From NCBI RefSeq assembly GCF_018350175.1, contig NC_058368.1:117554001-117618000 (forward strand): a DNA stretch of 64,000 nucleotides, written 5' to 3'. The notes under the pieces were generated by a model. It was not told where the DNA came from. It did no database searches and saw only the letters and a program-made list of their open reading frames with translations. Made by a program: the position numbers and the translations under genes. Of the stretch, positions 47,850 through 59,953 are shown piece by piece. How positions within the stretch are numbered: position 1 is the first letter of the stretch; each line of letters begins with the position of its first letter. The stretch comes from Felis catus. Lineage: Eukaryota.

Positions 47850-49050
47850 TAGGCTGTCACAAACACCTTCGGGGCGACCTCTTTCCTGGCAGCTACGGGA
47901 GGTTGGCCCAGAGCAGGTAATGGAAGGCCCCCAGCGTCTTCCGGCAAGGTGTCCTGGACTCCATCGCCGGGGCAGCCTCCTGTCTACACCTCCGTGGTCA
48001 GCGGGCGCTTCCCGCACACACCCAGAGCGTGGGCATCTCCTCCCAGAGGACGCAGTCGTGTGGTGGTGGGGAACGGCTGTTCCTCCACCATCCTCGGACT
48101 CAGGCGGCCCCACCCCCATCGCAGCGACGCAGGGCCTCCGGGAGCTCAAGGCGAGGCGGGGGAGGGGGGAGCGGTGAGAACGTGCCTCGGCTAGCGGGCC
48201 CCTTGCGCCCCCGGCCCCAGCGGCCGCCGCGGGGAATCCCTCCTCCTCCGCGTCTCGGCCCTCTGCCTAGGGTCCCCTGCAAGCGGGCGCCGGCGGGAGC
48301 CGAGCAGCGGGCGCCGGGAGGGGGCGGGGAGCGAGCCGGCGCCGGAATCACAAAGCGTGGCGAGCCAAGCCGGGTGGGGACATTCTCCAGGAAAGGACCC
48401 TCTCAAGGCTAGCAGAAAGGGGTCTTTGCCCCGCACTCAATCCTCACAGACCTCAACGCCTCACCGAATACTTCCAGCTAGAAGAAACAGTCGTCAATCA
48501 CTGCTGGGGAAACTGAGGCCAGAAGTCTGGCTCCCGAGGGTAGCTGAGTCCGTCTCGCCTACCAATTTTGCTCCAGCGCGTGCAGCGATCTCCCTTCGGG
48601 CCGCAGGGCCTTGCCCGCGCACACGACTCTGGCCTGTAGCCGGCACCCGGCGGAGGGGGCGTCCAGGTGTGAGAGGGACACAGGTGTGAGGGACCCAGGT
48701 GTGCTGGGGACCCAGGTGGCTCGCAGAACGCAGCTAAAAGGCCCGAGGAGGGTCGCAAATACCGCCGCAGGCTTGCACCCTCTGCAAAGGGACCTGGGGC
48801 CCTGAAGCCCAAGGGAGCCGGGGTGGCGCGGCCTGCCAGTCCAGCCTGTTCCGGGAATACCCGGCCAGGGCTGGCCGCGGAGTGGGGGTGGGGGAGACGC
48901 AGGCAGGGAAGCCGGTCCAGCCAGCCCCCAGGGTTCCCGCTGTGCTGATATTTACAATAACAATGTCGTGATTAAGATGAAGGGGCGCTGGGGGCTCGCC
49001 GGACCGCCCAGCGGCTTCCCAGGACGGAATCTGGCCTCGGAGGGAGAGGG
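47850..49050. promoter_or_regulatory. Intron 1 CpG island
   Basis: Dense CpG/GC-rich block separated from the promoter island by a GT-rich tract. Confidence 0.8.
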
Positions 49051-50119
49051 ACTGAGTGTGTATTTGTGTGTATGGGCTGCAGGTGTAATGTGACACTGTT
49101 GGTGTAAGGTGTGTGTGACACCCAGTGTTAAGATGTGTGAAGCAGTAGATTCTGTGTTTGTGCCCGTGAGGCGCCGCTGTAGGTTCTACTTTCTGTGTTA
49201 GGGTGTGTGCCGTCAAGGCGTGTGCTGAGACACTAGGCTTGTGTGTTTATGTGGGTGCAGTTGAGGGGGGCAAGCGAGACCTGTGTTGTGTTATCTATGT
49301 TCTGGCCAAGGAGTGCGTAACATTTTATGGTAGGGTGTGTTCCTTAAAGGAATATGTATGTGAGAGGCTAGGTTTTGAGTGTTCGTTTGGCGAACTGTGG
49401 CTGTGACACTCGTACATGAGGGCACGGGATTGTGTTTGTGTGTCCATGTCGCCGAATGTCACACCCGGTTATGTTCTGTCGCTCTGTTGTGGCCAAGGGT
49501 TGTGTGTCCGTGCTGCTGAGCGTGCAGACGCTGAAGCGGATTATGTGCTAGTGACGGTGCCCCAGTGGGCGCTGGTGTGCGGGAGGTATGTCTGTGTGCA
49601 TATATGTACGGATGTATGTATGCGTGTACATATGTCCGTGGTCTGGCCCTCTGGTTGCCCGCGGGGAGCTTGAAGCACCTAAGTGATCCGAGCTGGTCGC
49701 CCAACAAGTGTGTGTGTGCGTTGTGTATTAGGGTCCTTGCTTGCTTCGTCCTCGGGGAGCCCCCCCCCCTCAAACTGGGGGCTGCGCGCTTCCCCCAACC
49801 ACCTCGGTTCGGCGCGCTCCTAGAGTCGCCTTATTCCCCGCGGGTCCAAACGCGCAGGGGTGCGGGACGCCGAGGCAAAGGTCCGGTTCAGCACCCCCTC
49901 TCCTCGCTCCGCTCCTCGCCGCGGACTTTGGAGGCCAGGGTGCCCCGGCCGTAACCCCCAGCCCAAGCTCCCAGCCGCCCCCACCTCAGCCCCAGCGCGC
50001 TGAGCACAGCCTGGGCCCCCGTGGCCTCGCTCCGCTGAGCGCCCCTCCCTCAGCTCCCGCCGGCTATGGCCGCTCCTGGCCGGGAGCCGCCGCTGCCTCC
50101 ACCGCCACCGGATCCTTAC

Positions 50120-50159
50120 CCGCCTCGGGGCACCGCCGGCCGCCGGCCCTGCTGTCCAT
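50120..50159 (-). CDS. PCDH1: PCDH1 coding exon 1 (MDSRAGGRRCPEA + 1 nt)
   Basis: ATG at 50159 inside the CpG island; donor G|GTAAGG at 50119; phase 1 joins exon 2 (G|CC = Ala); resembles the human N-terminus MDSGAGGRRCPEA. Confidence 0.93.
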
Positions 50160-50304
50160 GAGCCGCCACCGGCCCCGGCCCGGGCTGCGGCTCGGCACGG
50201 CTCGGGCTGGCGCTGCGGTTCAGGCTCCGGCTCCGGCTGGCTCTGGGCACAGCAGCCCCGGCGGCTTCGTGTCCGCGCCGCGCTCCCGCTCCCCGAGTGT
50301 GTGA

Positions 50305-50333
50305 GGCGGCGGCGGCGGCGGCGGCGGCGGCGG
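50305..50333. repeat. (GGC)9 trinucleotide repeat at the PCDH1 5'UTR/TSS
   Basis: Direct read. Confidence 0.95.
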
Positions 50334-52615
50334 AGCCAGCAGCGAGCGGAGCGCACAGCCCGGCCCGCCCCCTCCCTCCCCCTCCCTCCTGGCCCGCCCG
50401 CCCGCCTCCCGCCCGCCTCCCCGCCCTCACCACCCCCCCCCCGGCCGGGAGGTGGAGCTCGGGACCGCTCTGGTCCCTCCGGGAGGGGACCCCGAGCACT
50501 GCTCCCCAAAGCCACGACTCCCCTTCGCTATCTCCCCACTACCCCGGGCCCGGATACACAGGCAGTACCCCTCCCTGGCTCTTCACCTTGCACTTATCCC
50601 ACTAGAGCCTCCATCTGGGACCCCTCCTGAATTCCCTTCCTAACCTCACTCAAACACCTGTCCCCTACCCTGCCTCTTGGGAAGTTGGGGCAGGGGAAAT
50701 GTCTCCCCCAGTGCCTTCTCCCCTGGAGGGCATCCGTTCCTCCAGATCCACCTTCTTCCCGACCAGACCCCCAGATCACCCCGCGTGGCCCTCCCTTCCC
50801 ATTGCGCTCCGGGGAAGTCCACCCCTCCCCCTCTGGCCGAAGCCGCAGAGCGGTCAGCCTCTGAGGCCGCAGCAAGCCGTGGGGGTGGGGCTATGGAGGG
50901 GACCTTAGGAGGGGGAGGGTAATGTGACCCGGGGGCTCCTCTAGAATGAGGATGGGGGATATATACAAGAGTGAGAATGAGGTGAAGCGCCGGAGCTTGG
51001 GCTCTTCGAGGGTCCCCCTATCACCTGGCCTCAGGGCGGTATGGAATTGTGGCCCCACATATTTACCAGTGACATACACACATTCACAGACTCACACGGG
51101 TCTCTGCCCCACAAGGCCGCTCAGTGTCACGGCCTGTGTTACACGCCCTCGCAGTGCCACACGCTCCCTGTCACACTCACACTCACCGAGTCACACACGG
51201 TGTCACACGCCGTGTCTTACACACTCCTATTCTGGTTTCTCCCTCTCAGCTCTGGCTCTCTGGCGCCATCTAGAGGTCTCTGAGAAGCTTGGGAACTCCC
51301 TTTCCTGTGCTCAGGGTTTGGTATCCCAGGATCCAAAATGCTCCACTTCAATATGACGTCCTGCCTTTTGCCACTTATAAGCCTAGGCAGGGTGTTCTAG
51401 GTCAAAAGAATGAGGAAGACTATCCCTGGCAAGGCCTGGCACTGGGTGTGGAAAAGCCTATTATGGGATGACTGGTTGTTTGGCCTCTATTTGCCATAGC
51501 CTCTGTCCCCTTCCTGTCCCCCATTTTCCCATCCCTACCACTTTTATTCCCTTTTTCTTCTTCCTCCCCCTTCCCCTCCCTTCTGTCTCCCCACGTTTCT
51601 GTGGAACACTATTCTGGGTAAGGTGGGATCTCAGGCCAGCTAAGAGGGCACCCAAGGACTGCCAAAGATCTCGTGCAGAGCAGCCTCCCTCACTCAGCCT
51701 CCCTTTCTCACCTGGGCCCTCTTCTAGTGCCTACTCCCAGCCCTCAACCCCAGGAGCCCACGTGGGAGGCTCTGGATGGGATGAGCTAGTGAAAGGAGGA
51801 TCTGTCCTGTAACAGGCTTCTCTACCTCTGCCCCCGCCAAACTCACACTCTCCTCATGATTGAGCACATCTCCAAGGAAGGAATTAGTGGCCCAGAGAGA
51901 AGAAATCTTCCACAGAGGAGCTGCCCCAGGCTCCCTGCCCCCAGCATGTGCCCACTGCCCACTGCAGCAAACCCTCCCCAGTTGGCTTGCTGGGAGCCAT
52001 TCAAAGGCTCCTCTGTTCTCATCCCTTGCTCAGGGCTGAACAAGATAGGCAGCCGCGGAGCTGGGCAGGAAATGCTAATTTCCCAGATGTTCTCCTCCAT
52101 CCTCCCTGCTCCACCACCATCAAACCCAAATCCTGCACCAAGTGGTAGGAGCAGAACTGGGCCAGAGCAACACAGGGTGTGCCTACTCTTCTCCCTGCTC
52201 CCCATCCCCTCCTACCCCAGCTGCCAGGCTGGGCTCTGGGGGGTGGGGGAATCTGAGCCTGGGGCAGTGTAGACATGGGGATGATACTGTCTCCCCTAGA
52301 AAGGAGGCCAGCAAACAGTAGGGACTAGGAGGTGGCATCTGAAGAGGAGAGAAGCCAAGGCTCCTGGCCTCCTACCAAACTGGGACCTGGCAGTAGAGCA
52401 AGAAGAGCACTGGGGGGCTCCTGAAACTAATGGTGCCTGAGATTCCACTTGAGACCTTGCCAGGGGTTGGAGCCTGGGGGATGCTAGGCGTGGAAGTGGT
52501 TGGTATTCTTGTCGCCTAAGGCTCTTGCTGTGATATGAATGTACCTGGGATGGGCTGTGGCCAAGAGGACTAGGGTGCTGTCAGGCCTGGCACTATAACA
52601 GAAAGGTTGCTGTTT

Positions 52616-52653
52616 TTTTTTTTTTTAATGTTTATTTATTTTTGAGAGAGAGG

Positions 52654-52695
<42 letters not shown>

Positions 52696-52861
52696 AAGCT
52701 GTGGGGGGAGGGTCAGAGAGAGAGAGAAGGAGACAGAGGATCTGAAGCAGGCTCTGCTCTGACAGCAGAGAGCACATTGCAGGACTTGAACTCACGAACC
52801 GGGGCAATCATGACCTGAGCCAAAGTTGAACACTTAGCCGGCTAAGCCACCCAGGCATCCC
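52616..52861 (-). mobile_element. CanSINE
   Basis: Reverse head, (GA)n, poly-T; TSD gttgctgttt at 52606 and 52863. Confidence 0.92.
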
Positions 52862-55800
52862 AGTTGCTGTTTCTGACTGCAGCTCAAATACTGTTGCAAT
52901 GCTGTGATGCTGGTGTACATAGGCTATAGCCAGAACAACACAGAGTACCTACGAGTCTGTTGCCAAGCTCTGTGTGTGTATGTGTGTGTGTGTGTGTGTG
53001 TGTTCATGTGTGCATTTTGAGGGAAGAGCTGTAACTGAAATGCCATTGGGCCTGAAGCTATAGGTGTGAGGCTGGCACACCTGAGAATGGCTATAGCAAA
53101 GAAGCAGTTCTCTGATAATATGACGTAGGTAGAGCTGTAGCTGGATCCATTGCCTAGGTCCTAGGAGATGAGAGGCTGTTGCTAGGAGCCTGTACCTGGG
53201 AGGAAGTCTGTTACCTGGGATAAGAGCAGAGCTACTGTTGTGTATAGGACTGTAGCTGGGATGCTATTGGTCCCGAAGCTATAGCTGTGATGACAGCATA
53301 CCAGGGATTGGCTATAGCTAAGATGCTGTTGCCCAGGCTTGTGGCTGTGCTGTTACTGTGTGCGGGATTCTAGCTGGGATGCTGTTATGCCTGCAGCCAT
53401 AGCTCTGAAGCTCAAGTGTAGCTGGGAGGCCATTTCCTAGTAATGTAGCTGGACCACTGTTGTGTGGGGGCCATAGCCCAGACTCTGTTGCCTAGGAGAT
53501 GAAAAGCTGTTCCCTAGGATGCTGTTCTGGGAGGCAGCATGCAACCTGAGCTGGGACTGATCTGCTGTTGGAGCTGATCTACTGTTTTACTTGGGATGGT
53601 TCTGTGTGTCTGTTGCTGCGCCTGTGGCTGGCCGGGTGGGGGAAGGCGAGTGAGTTCTGCCTTGAGGTCTGGGAGATGCCAGGAGCCTGAGGCTGGGTGG
53701 GGGCTGCCGCTCTGGGGAGGCTCCAGCAGCTGCTCTGCTGTGGAGCTGGGAAGCCTGTTTTCATTACTGTTTTAACTCTTTTTTTAACCTTGTTTTTCTC
53801 TCGGCTGCACTTTCGCTCACTCATTAATTTTGGTATTTTTCTCACGGTGCCTCAGCCCCTGTCACGGCTGCCATGGCAACAGGAGGCAGTGTGCACAGCG
53901 CCAAAATATCTGATCAAAAAATAACCAAAATAAGCAAACACCAAAATGGCTGTGCTGGGGGCTATAGCCAAGAGAGAGCCCATGGCTCAGATCCAGGAAA
54001 CCCAGGCTCCCAAGAGACCCCTTTCACTCCCTCCTCTTCTCCAGGGAAGCTTTGCTGAAAGCCCTGATAACCTGGGAGGCCCCTTCCCAAAACCCCCCCA
54101 CAACACATTCTCCCAGGACTCTGAGACTTCCAGTGGCCCTCACCCAACAGGCAGCTTTGCCTGAAGTGGGAGCATGGGGAGGATGTGAGGGCTGGGGATT
54201 ACTTCCCAGCAGCTGACAGTTAAGCCTCTCAGAAGCTCCCTACTTGTCCTAGCCACACACATCTATACCCACCCAGCCACCTTCTCCTGGCCCCTCCTTC
54301 CTTAAAGCTTCTTCCACCTTCTCTGCTCCCAACTGCTAATTGGCCGCCTCTATTTGCTTCTTTTCATACCCCAGCATCCTGATGGGACAGAAGACGGGAG
54401 GGAGCTGCAGCCTGCAGGCCCATTGCCCGACTCCTCAGTGGAGGTGCTAGGGAGAGATGCCACAAAAGTATTTGACACCCTGAGGCCTCTGGCCACCTCT
54501 AGGTCCAGCTGCCCAGGGGCAATTCCTGAATAGTCCTGAATACCCACGCTCACTCCAGTTTCCACTCCTACTTCCTGGGAGCCTGCTCATTTCCCGAGGG
54601 CCTCCTTCTCTCAAGTGAACATGTTCCCAGGAGAGGTAAACTGATAGAGCCTCATGTGAAATAGGACGGGGCAGAGGTCTTGGTATTACTGTCTCCCTTC
54701 CTTCTTCACCCACTTATTTCCCTTCTGAAGGGATGTCCTTTTGGATGTCTGGAGCATTGAGAACTGGAGGAACAGGGATCCCCTCGATTCTGCCTCAAAT
54801 CACATCACCCAGTTATATCCCTGGCTGCTTTTCTTAATGTCTCTCCCCCAACAGTAAAAGTCTGGTTCCCCATAGGTTTCTGTTGCCATCTGCGAATAGC
54901 TAGAACTCACCTCCTGCTTCTTACTCTCAATCCCTATCCCCTGCCACCCCCACCCCCCAAACCCAACCAACAGTAGTGGCCTTGGCCTCCTGGCAGAGCC
55001 ATCCTGGGCTTGTTTCCATAGAAACTGGGTAGTCTGTGCAGTGCAGGAAGGGATGGGGAGACAGGAGCAGATAGGAGGGACCAGACCCTGGGGCCTGCCC
55101 CAGAAGAAGGGAGAACGGCACTAAGAGAAGGGAAAAAACCTGTCCAATGGGAGGGAGGGATCTGGATTTGGGGAGAGGAGAAAGGAGGTAGCAAAAGTTT
55201 GGTAGGTTCTGTATTCATGCAGCTTGCTCTAAATGCCTTCTGAGGAGGGTGCTCTGATGCCTCCTGAGGAAGGGACACCCAAGTGCGACGTTTCCTGGTA
55301 AGGGGAGGGAGATTTCCCTCTACCCAAGCCCCTAAAATCCTTCTTTAGCAAGAACTGCCTGATCCAGGATGAAACTCTTTCCTAGAGCCACTACTCTCTC
55401 AGACAGGGACCATAGGATACCTTGCTTCCCTTAAGAGCTAGCTCCAGCCTAGTGGCTCTGAGCGCTGGAGGCTGGGCAGCCCCGGGACTGGTGGCCGCTG
55501 CTGACCCCGTGGCGTGCCGCTCTCAAAGGCCCCATTCATCTCTGGGGGCTGAAGGCGCCATTGTCTCAGTCGGGTGGGGGGGGAGGGTTGGTGGGGGCAG
55601 TGGGGGGTCTCGACTCAGAAGGAAGGAATGCGTCTGGAGAAGTTGCCTCCAGGGCTCCAGTCTCCAGATCGCCACCAGATCTCCATCGGGACCCCTTCAC
55701 GACCCCGAGCCCTTTCCCCCATTAGCTCCGAGCAGCCTTCAGGCTTATCCTCAGAGTGGGAACCGCGGAGTGCGAGGGAAGCCTCGCCCCACCCACCCCG

Positions 55801-56536
55801 CCTGCTGTCTTAGAGAACGTTTTCTGGCTCTGGGAGCTGTCCAGCACCTCGGGTCCTGACGGACCTTAGACTTGCTTAGGTGCCATCAGGCAAGAGGGTG
55901 CTAAGGGTCGTGGGGGCCCCGGAGCTGTTCTCCACTCAGACCGTGACCACAAACCACAACTTGCCTGGGTGGGCTTTGGTGCAGCCTTGGGCATGGGGAT
56001 CTATCAGTACTGAAAAATGACCCCAGGAGCAACTTCACTGAGGCCCTGTCTTAGCAGAATTGAAGGGTTAATCGCCACCAGGCCACTCCCCTGGAATTAC
56101 GTCTTCAACTCAGCAGAAGAAAAAACCACGAGAGGTCAGGCCCTGCCTCTCCCTGCCCCCAGTCTCTCCCCATGCCTCTATTTCAGTTTTCCTCCAGCTC
56201 TCTCCCTCCTCCTCTCTTTCCCTCCCTGCTGGGTTGGGGGCTGCTGAATTATCATTTCTCAGCTCTGCTAATGTGCTTCCTGCTGTGGGGAGGGATCATA
56301 ATTCTGGGAGATGATTAAGTTTCAAATTGTTTTTCTTTGTGTTGCTGTAGATGAGGCTTTAATATGGTCCCTTCCCAGACAGGGGGCCTGGCCTGGCCCC
56401 AGCTGCCTGCCCCCATCCCTCCTTTGCTAGCCCTCTTCTCTCTTATAGGCCAGGTTTGGGACCATGTCCTTTGGGGTCCTCTCTAAACTCTGGGGGGAGG
56501 GCATGAACCAGTCTTGATTCAAAGGGGAATACATAT

Positions 56537-56787
56537 GATGTAGTGGTGAGGAATCCTGGGTTTGAAGTCAGACAAGTTAGAATTCAAACCCTAATTCTGC
56601 CACTTACTACCTGTTTGACCTTGGATGAGGTACTTAAACTACCTCAGCCTCAGTTTCTTCATCTATTAATTGGGGGTAATTTAATAATTGCCTCATAGAG
56701 TGCGTGTGTGGATTTAAAGTGATAGCGCATAAGTGCTTAGCAGAGTGCCTGGCTCATGGTAAAACTTGGTAAATGTTAGTGGTTATT
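56537..56787 (+). mobile_element. MIR
   Basis: Near full length: ctgccacttactacctgtttgaccttgg...cctcagtttcttcatct. Confidence 0.85.
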
Positions 56788-57018
56788 TAAAAAAATTTTT
56801 TTAATTATTTTTTTTAATGTTTATTCATTTTTTGAGAGACAGAGCAAGTGAACATGAATGAGGGAGGGGCAGAGAGAGAGGGAGACACAGAATTCGAAAC
56901 AGGTTCCAGACTCTGAGCTGTGAGCACAGAGCCTGAGGTGGGGCTGAAACTCATGAACCATGAGATCATGACCTGAGCCAGTCAGACGCTCTGCTGACTG
57001 AGCCACCCAGGCTGCCCC
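56788..57018 (-). mobile_element. CanSINE (left copy of a tandem pair)
   Basis: Full reverse CanSINE flanked by taaaaa(aa)ttttttt on both sides. Confidence 0.9.
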
Positions 57019-57236
57019 TAAAAATTTTTTTTTAATGTTTTTTTTATTTTTGAGGGAGAGAGAGACAGAGCACCACCACAAGAGGGTAAGAGAGAGAAAG
57101 AGACACAGAATCTGAAGCAGTCTCCAGGCTCTGAGCTGTCAGCACAGAGCCCAATGCGGGGCTTGAACTCATGAACCATGAGATCATGACCTGAACCAAA
57201 GTTGGACTCTTAACCAATCGAGCCACCCAGGCACCC
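57019..57236 (-). mobile_element. CanSINE (right copy of a tandem pair)
   Basis: Full reverse CanSINE; outer TSD aatgttagtggttatt at 56772 and 57238. Confidence 0.9.
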
Positions 57237-57671
57237 TAATGTTAGTGGTTATTAATACACACATACCCTGTTTGATCCTGCCTCCCCTATCCTCCTTGAT
57301 TTTATTCTTCAGTAAATGTGTATCTAATGCCTAGTATTTTCTAGGCACTTTGCAATACAAATTAAGTTATCCAGGAGTTAGGAGGTTGGTTTGCTTGCTT
57401 ATCTTCCCTAAAACACCCCTTCATTCACCCCCTTCCCTCCTTTCAATTGGAGTTCACTCTCAGTATATCCTCCCACCTACTTCTAGATCTTCCTTCATTA
57501 TTCCTACTCCATTCTTGTTTCTTTCACTGCAGTCTTATCACTTCACCTTGATTCTTATCCTCCTAACACAATGCATCTTTTACCTCTTACATCATTCTTA
57601 ATCCCATTTGGGGCCATCAGAGGGAATAAAGGGGTTGAAGTTTCAAACAAGCAGAGAAATTCTGAGTTATA

Positions 57672-57674
<3 letters not shown>

Positions 57675-57714
<40 letters not shown>
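57675..57714. repeat. (TG)20 microsatellite
   Basis: Direct read. Confidence 0.95.
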
Positions 57715-57716
<2 letters not shown>

Positions 57717-58044
57717 TAAGGGTCACACACAAGTTCACATTCAGTGGTGGGTCTTTAGCAGACTTCTGAACTGTCATAGTTGAACTGTGTGCTTATTTGC
57801 TTCTCTATCTCCTATGTATAAGGCATACAACCCTTGAAATAAAAGTCTGTTTCTTTGCCTATCTACCTTCCTCCTCTGCCCCTGCCTTTATCTTTGTTAT
57901 ACTCTGAATGGGAAAGCCTGCTGGGTGTCAGTAAGAGAAGCTGATTTATGATAATGTATTTTTGTGTCTCTGCTCAACTGGCTTCCTACCCTTCACCATG
58001 CTCGCTTTTTTGCCCAGTTTCTCCAAGATGTCATTTCATAACTC

Positions 58045-58730
58045 TTTGAGGACTTGGTTCAGTGCAAAAACAGAAGCTACTCTATGTATTTTATTTTATT
58101 TTATTTTATTTTATTTTATTTTATTTTATTTTATTTTTGAGGGAGAGAGAGAGAGAGAGCGCACAAGTTGGGGAGGGGCAGAGAGAGGGAGACAGAGGAT
58201 CTGAAGTGGCTCAATGCAGGGCTCGAACTCAAAACCATGAGATCATGACCTGAGCCAAAGTTGGACACTCAACGGACTGAACCACCCAGGTGCCCCAACT
58301 CTATGTATTTTAAACTGAAGGGAATTTAATATAGGGAATTAAGTTTACAGAAACAATGAAAAGACTTGTGGAATAGACTCCTAGTAAATGTACCAAGAGA
58401 GCTAATATGAAGAGAGCTATGTATGTATGTCATGATCACAAAGATGGGGACTCAAAATGTCATCACTGAAACTACTGAATTAAAGAGCACGTTCCAGAGA
58501 TTTGCCATCTAGGAATTAGAAGAGACAGGAAGTTGGAGTGGCTGTTACAGGAGAACCCCATGTCTACAGGATCCTGCCTGCCAGCAGAAAGCCCAAAATA
58601 GCAGAAAGAAGGCCTCTTCCTCCTTTTTGTCTTCCAGTCACACAAGTGCACCTAAGTGTAAGGGAGTCAGGGAAATGTAGTTTTCTGGTCTCTGTAACAT
58701 AGTAGTAATAGAAGGAGTACAGGATGCATG
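58045..58730 (-). mobile_element. Old ERVL/MaLR-like LTR remnant
   Basis: aaaacagaagctactctatgtattttaaactgaagggaatttaatatagggaatt...agggagtcagggaaatgtagtttt, resembling old MLT1/LTR33-class LTRs. Confidence 0.5.
58094..58296 (-). mobile_element. CanSINE with (TTTTA)n tail, inserted in an LTR
   Basis: TSD actctatgtatttta at 58079 and 58298. Confidence 0.92.
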
Positions 58731-59549
58731 CCAGTTGACCATTTTCAAACTAATTTGGATTCTGCCCTTTAAGAGGGCACAACTAGAGGAGAGAACACCA
58801 GGATCAATGCAAATTTAAAGGAACCAGGAGCCAGAAAGTGTCTGTGACAGTTAAAACATCAGCCACATGAGGTCTGGGACCTTGGCAGTCTTAAATTGAT
58901 TCCAGACCTAATTTGGAGCTGTGGAGCTTCGGCTCTGCTAATCACTAGAGGAACTAGGCTAAAGACAGTGTACTAAGGAGAGGGGGAAAGAAGAGACCAT
59001 GATCCAGTGTCAAGACAGTTCTCACTTCCAGCAAGGACCTGTACATGGTACTCTAGGGTCCTGAGTGCAGTCCCAAGGAAAGAGGGCCCATGTTCAGTGG
59101 CAGCTTCTCCCACACCCTAATTTTGGTTTATGTGGCCCTATGGGACTCACTTGTTACGTCTTCAAGACCACTGGACGAAGAAAAGTGTGGAGGAAAAAGA
59201 CTAAAGTGGGTCCATCTGGAGTAGGTGTGCCTGAGCCCAGGAGTGTTTTGCTGGGGAACACTGAGGAACTGGCACCTTCAAGCTGTCTGTATCTGCTTCC
59301 TCCTATAGTTCCAGATATTTTGTCATCTCTCCTCTTTTATGACTCCAGGTATCTGGAATCAGGTCCAGGTACTAGGACAAGGAAATAGTGACAGCTTCCA
59401 AGATCCCAAATAAATTTCAGGTCCGTAAATGCCTTCAGTTTATAACTACTGAGTGAGTAGGAAGGTCTAGGGATAAGGAGTAGACTGGCATCCCTATGGG
59501 CTAAAAGTGGAAGGTAGTGCATGCTGGTTGGTGGGTAAAACTGTGACCT

Positions 59550-59770
59550 CAAGAGTCCTGTCCTGGATTAGCTGCTTCCTAGTTGTGTGACCTTGGGCCA
59601 ATGATTTAATGTCTCTGAGCTTGTTCAGCTTCTGTAAAATGGGAATGATATGTACTTATCTCACAAGATGATTGGATAATTAATTGAGTTAATAATACAT
59701 AAATATGTATAAAGTGCTTAGCCCAGTGCCTGGCATATAGTAAGCTTTGAATAAATGGTAGCTATTAATG
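59550..59770 (+). mobile_element. MIR
   Basis: tagttgtgtgaccttgggc...tgtaaaatgggaat...gtgcctggcatatagtaag. Confidence 0.85.
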
Positions 59771-59838
59771 TTAATATGTTCTCAGCAACAAACATCTTCA
59801 ATCTTAATTATCAGGAAACATATATAAAAGACGTTCCT

Positions 59839-59953
59839 GGGGTGCCTAGTTGGTTTGGTCAGAGGAGCATGCAGCCCTTGGTCTCAGGGTCACGACTTTG
59901 AGCCCCACATTTGGTGTAGAGATTACTTAAATAAATAAAAACTTTTTAAAAAG
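59839..59953 (+). mobile_element. Short tRNA-derived SINE (SINEC_old-like)
   Basis: ggggtgcctagttgg...gagccccacatttggtgtagagattacttaaataaa. Confidence 0.8.

Larger units (their letters stand above)
27485..50159 (-). other. PCDH1: PCDH1 coding span (delta-1 protocadherin); long isoform join 50159-50120, 41878-41016, 37745-35550, 30336-30117, 27879-27485 = 3714 nt, 1237 aa
   Basis: Exon lengths 40+863+2196+220+395 = 3714 nt; all introns GT-AG; phases 1,0,0,1 are consistent. Protein has a signal peptide, cadherin repeats (DRE, DxNDN, DxD motifs), a TM helix and the RRVTF/CM1/CM2 motifs. Confidence 0.98.
49750..50900. promoter_or_regulatory. PCDH1 promoter / exon 1 CpG island
   Basis: Very high GC and CpG density, multiple GC boxes (CCCGCC) at 50360-50430, contains the start codon. 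Confidence 0.9.

Noticed and set aside
49050..49730. GT-rich tract mirrored by a CA-rich tract at 51070-51230 around the promoter
   Set aside because: Low-complexity sequence without alignable inverted homology.
49887..49907. REST/RE1 site (TTCAGCACC...), also partial matches near 29990 and 55840
   Set aside because: Only the left half-site is present; GGACAG is missing at the canonical spacing.
49741..50630. Long overlapping ORFs (187-231 aa) across the promoter
   Set aside because: Stop-poor GC-rich CpG island giving low-complexity Gly/Arg/Pro/Ala translations; only 50120-50159 has coding support.
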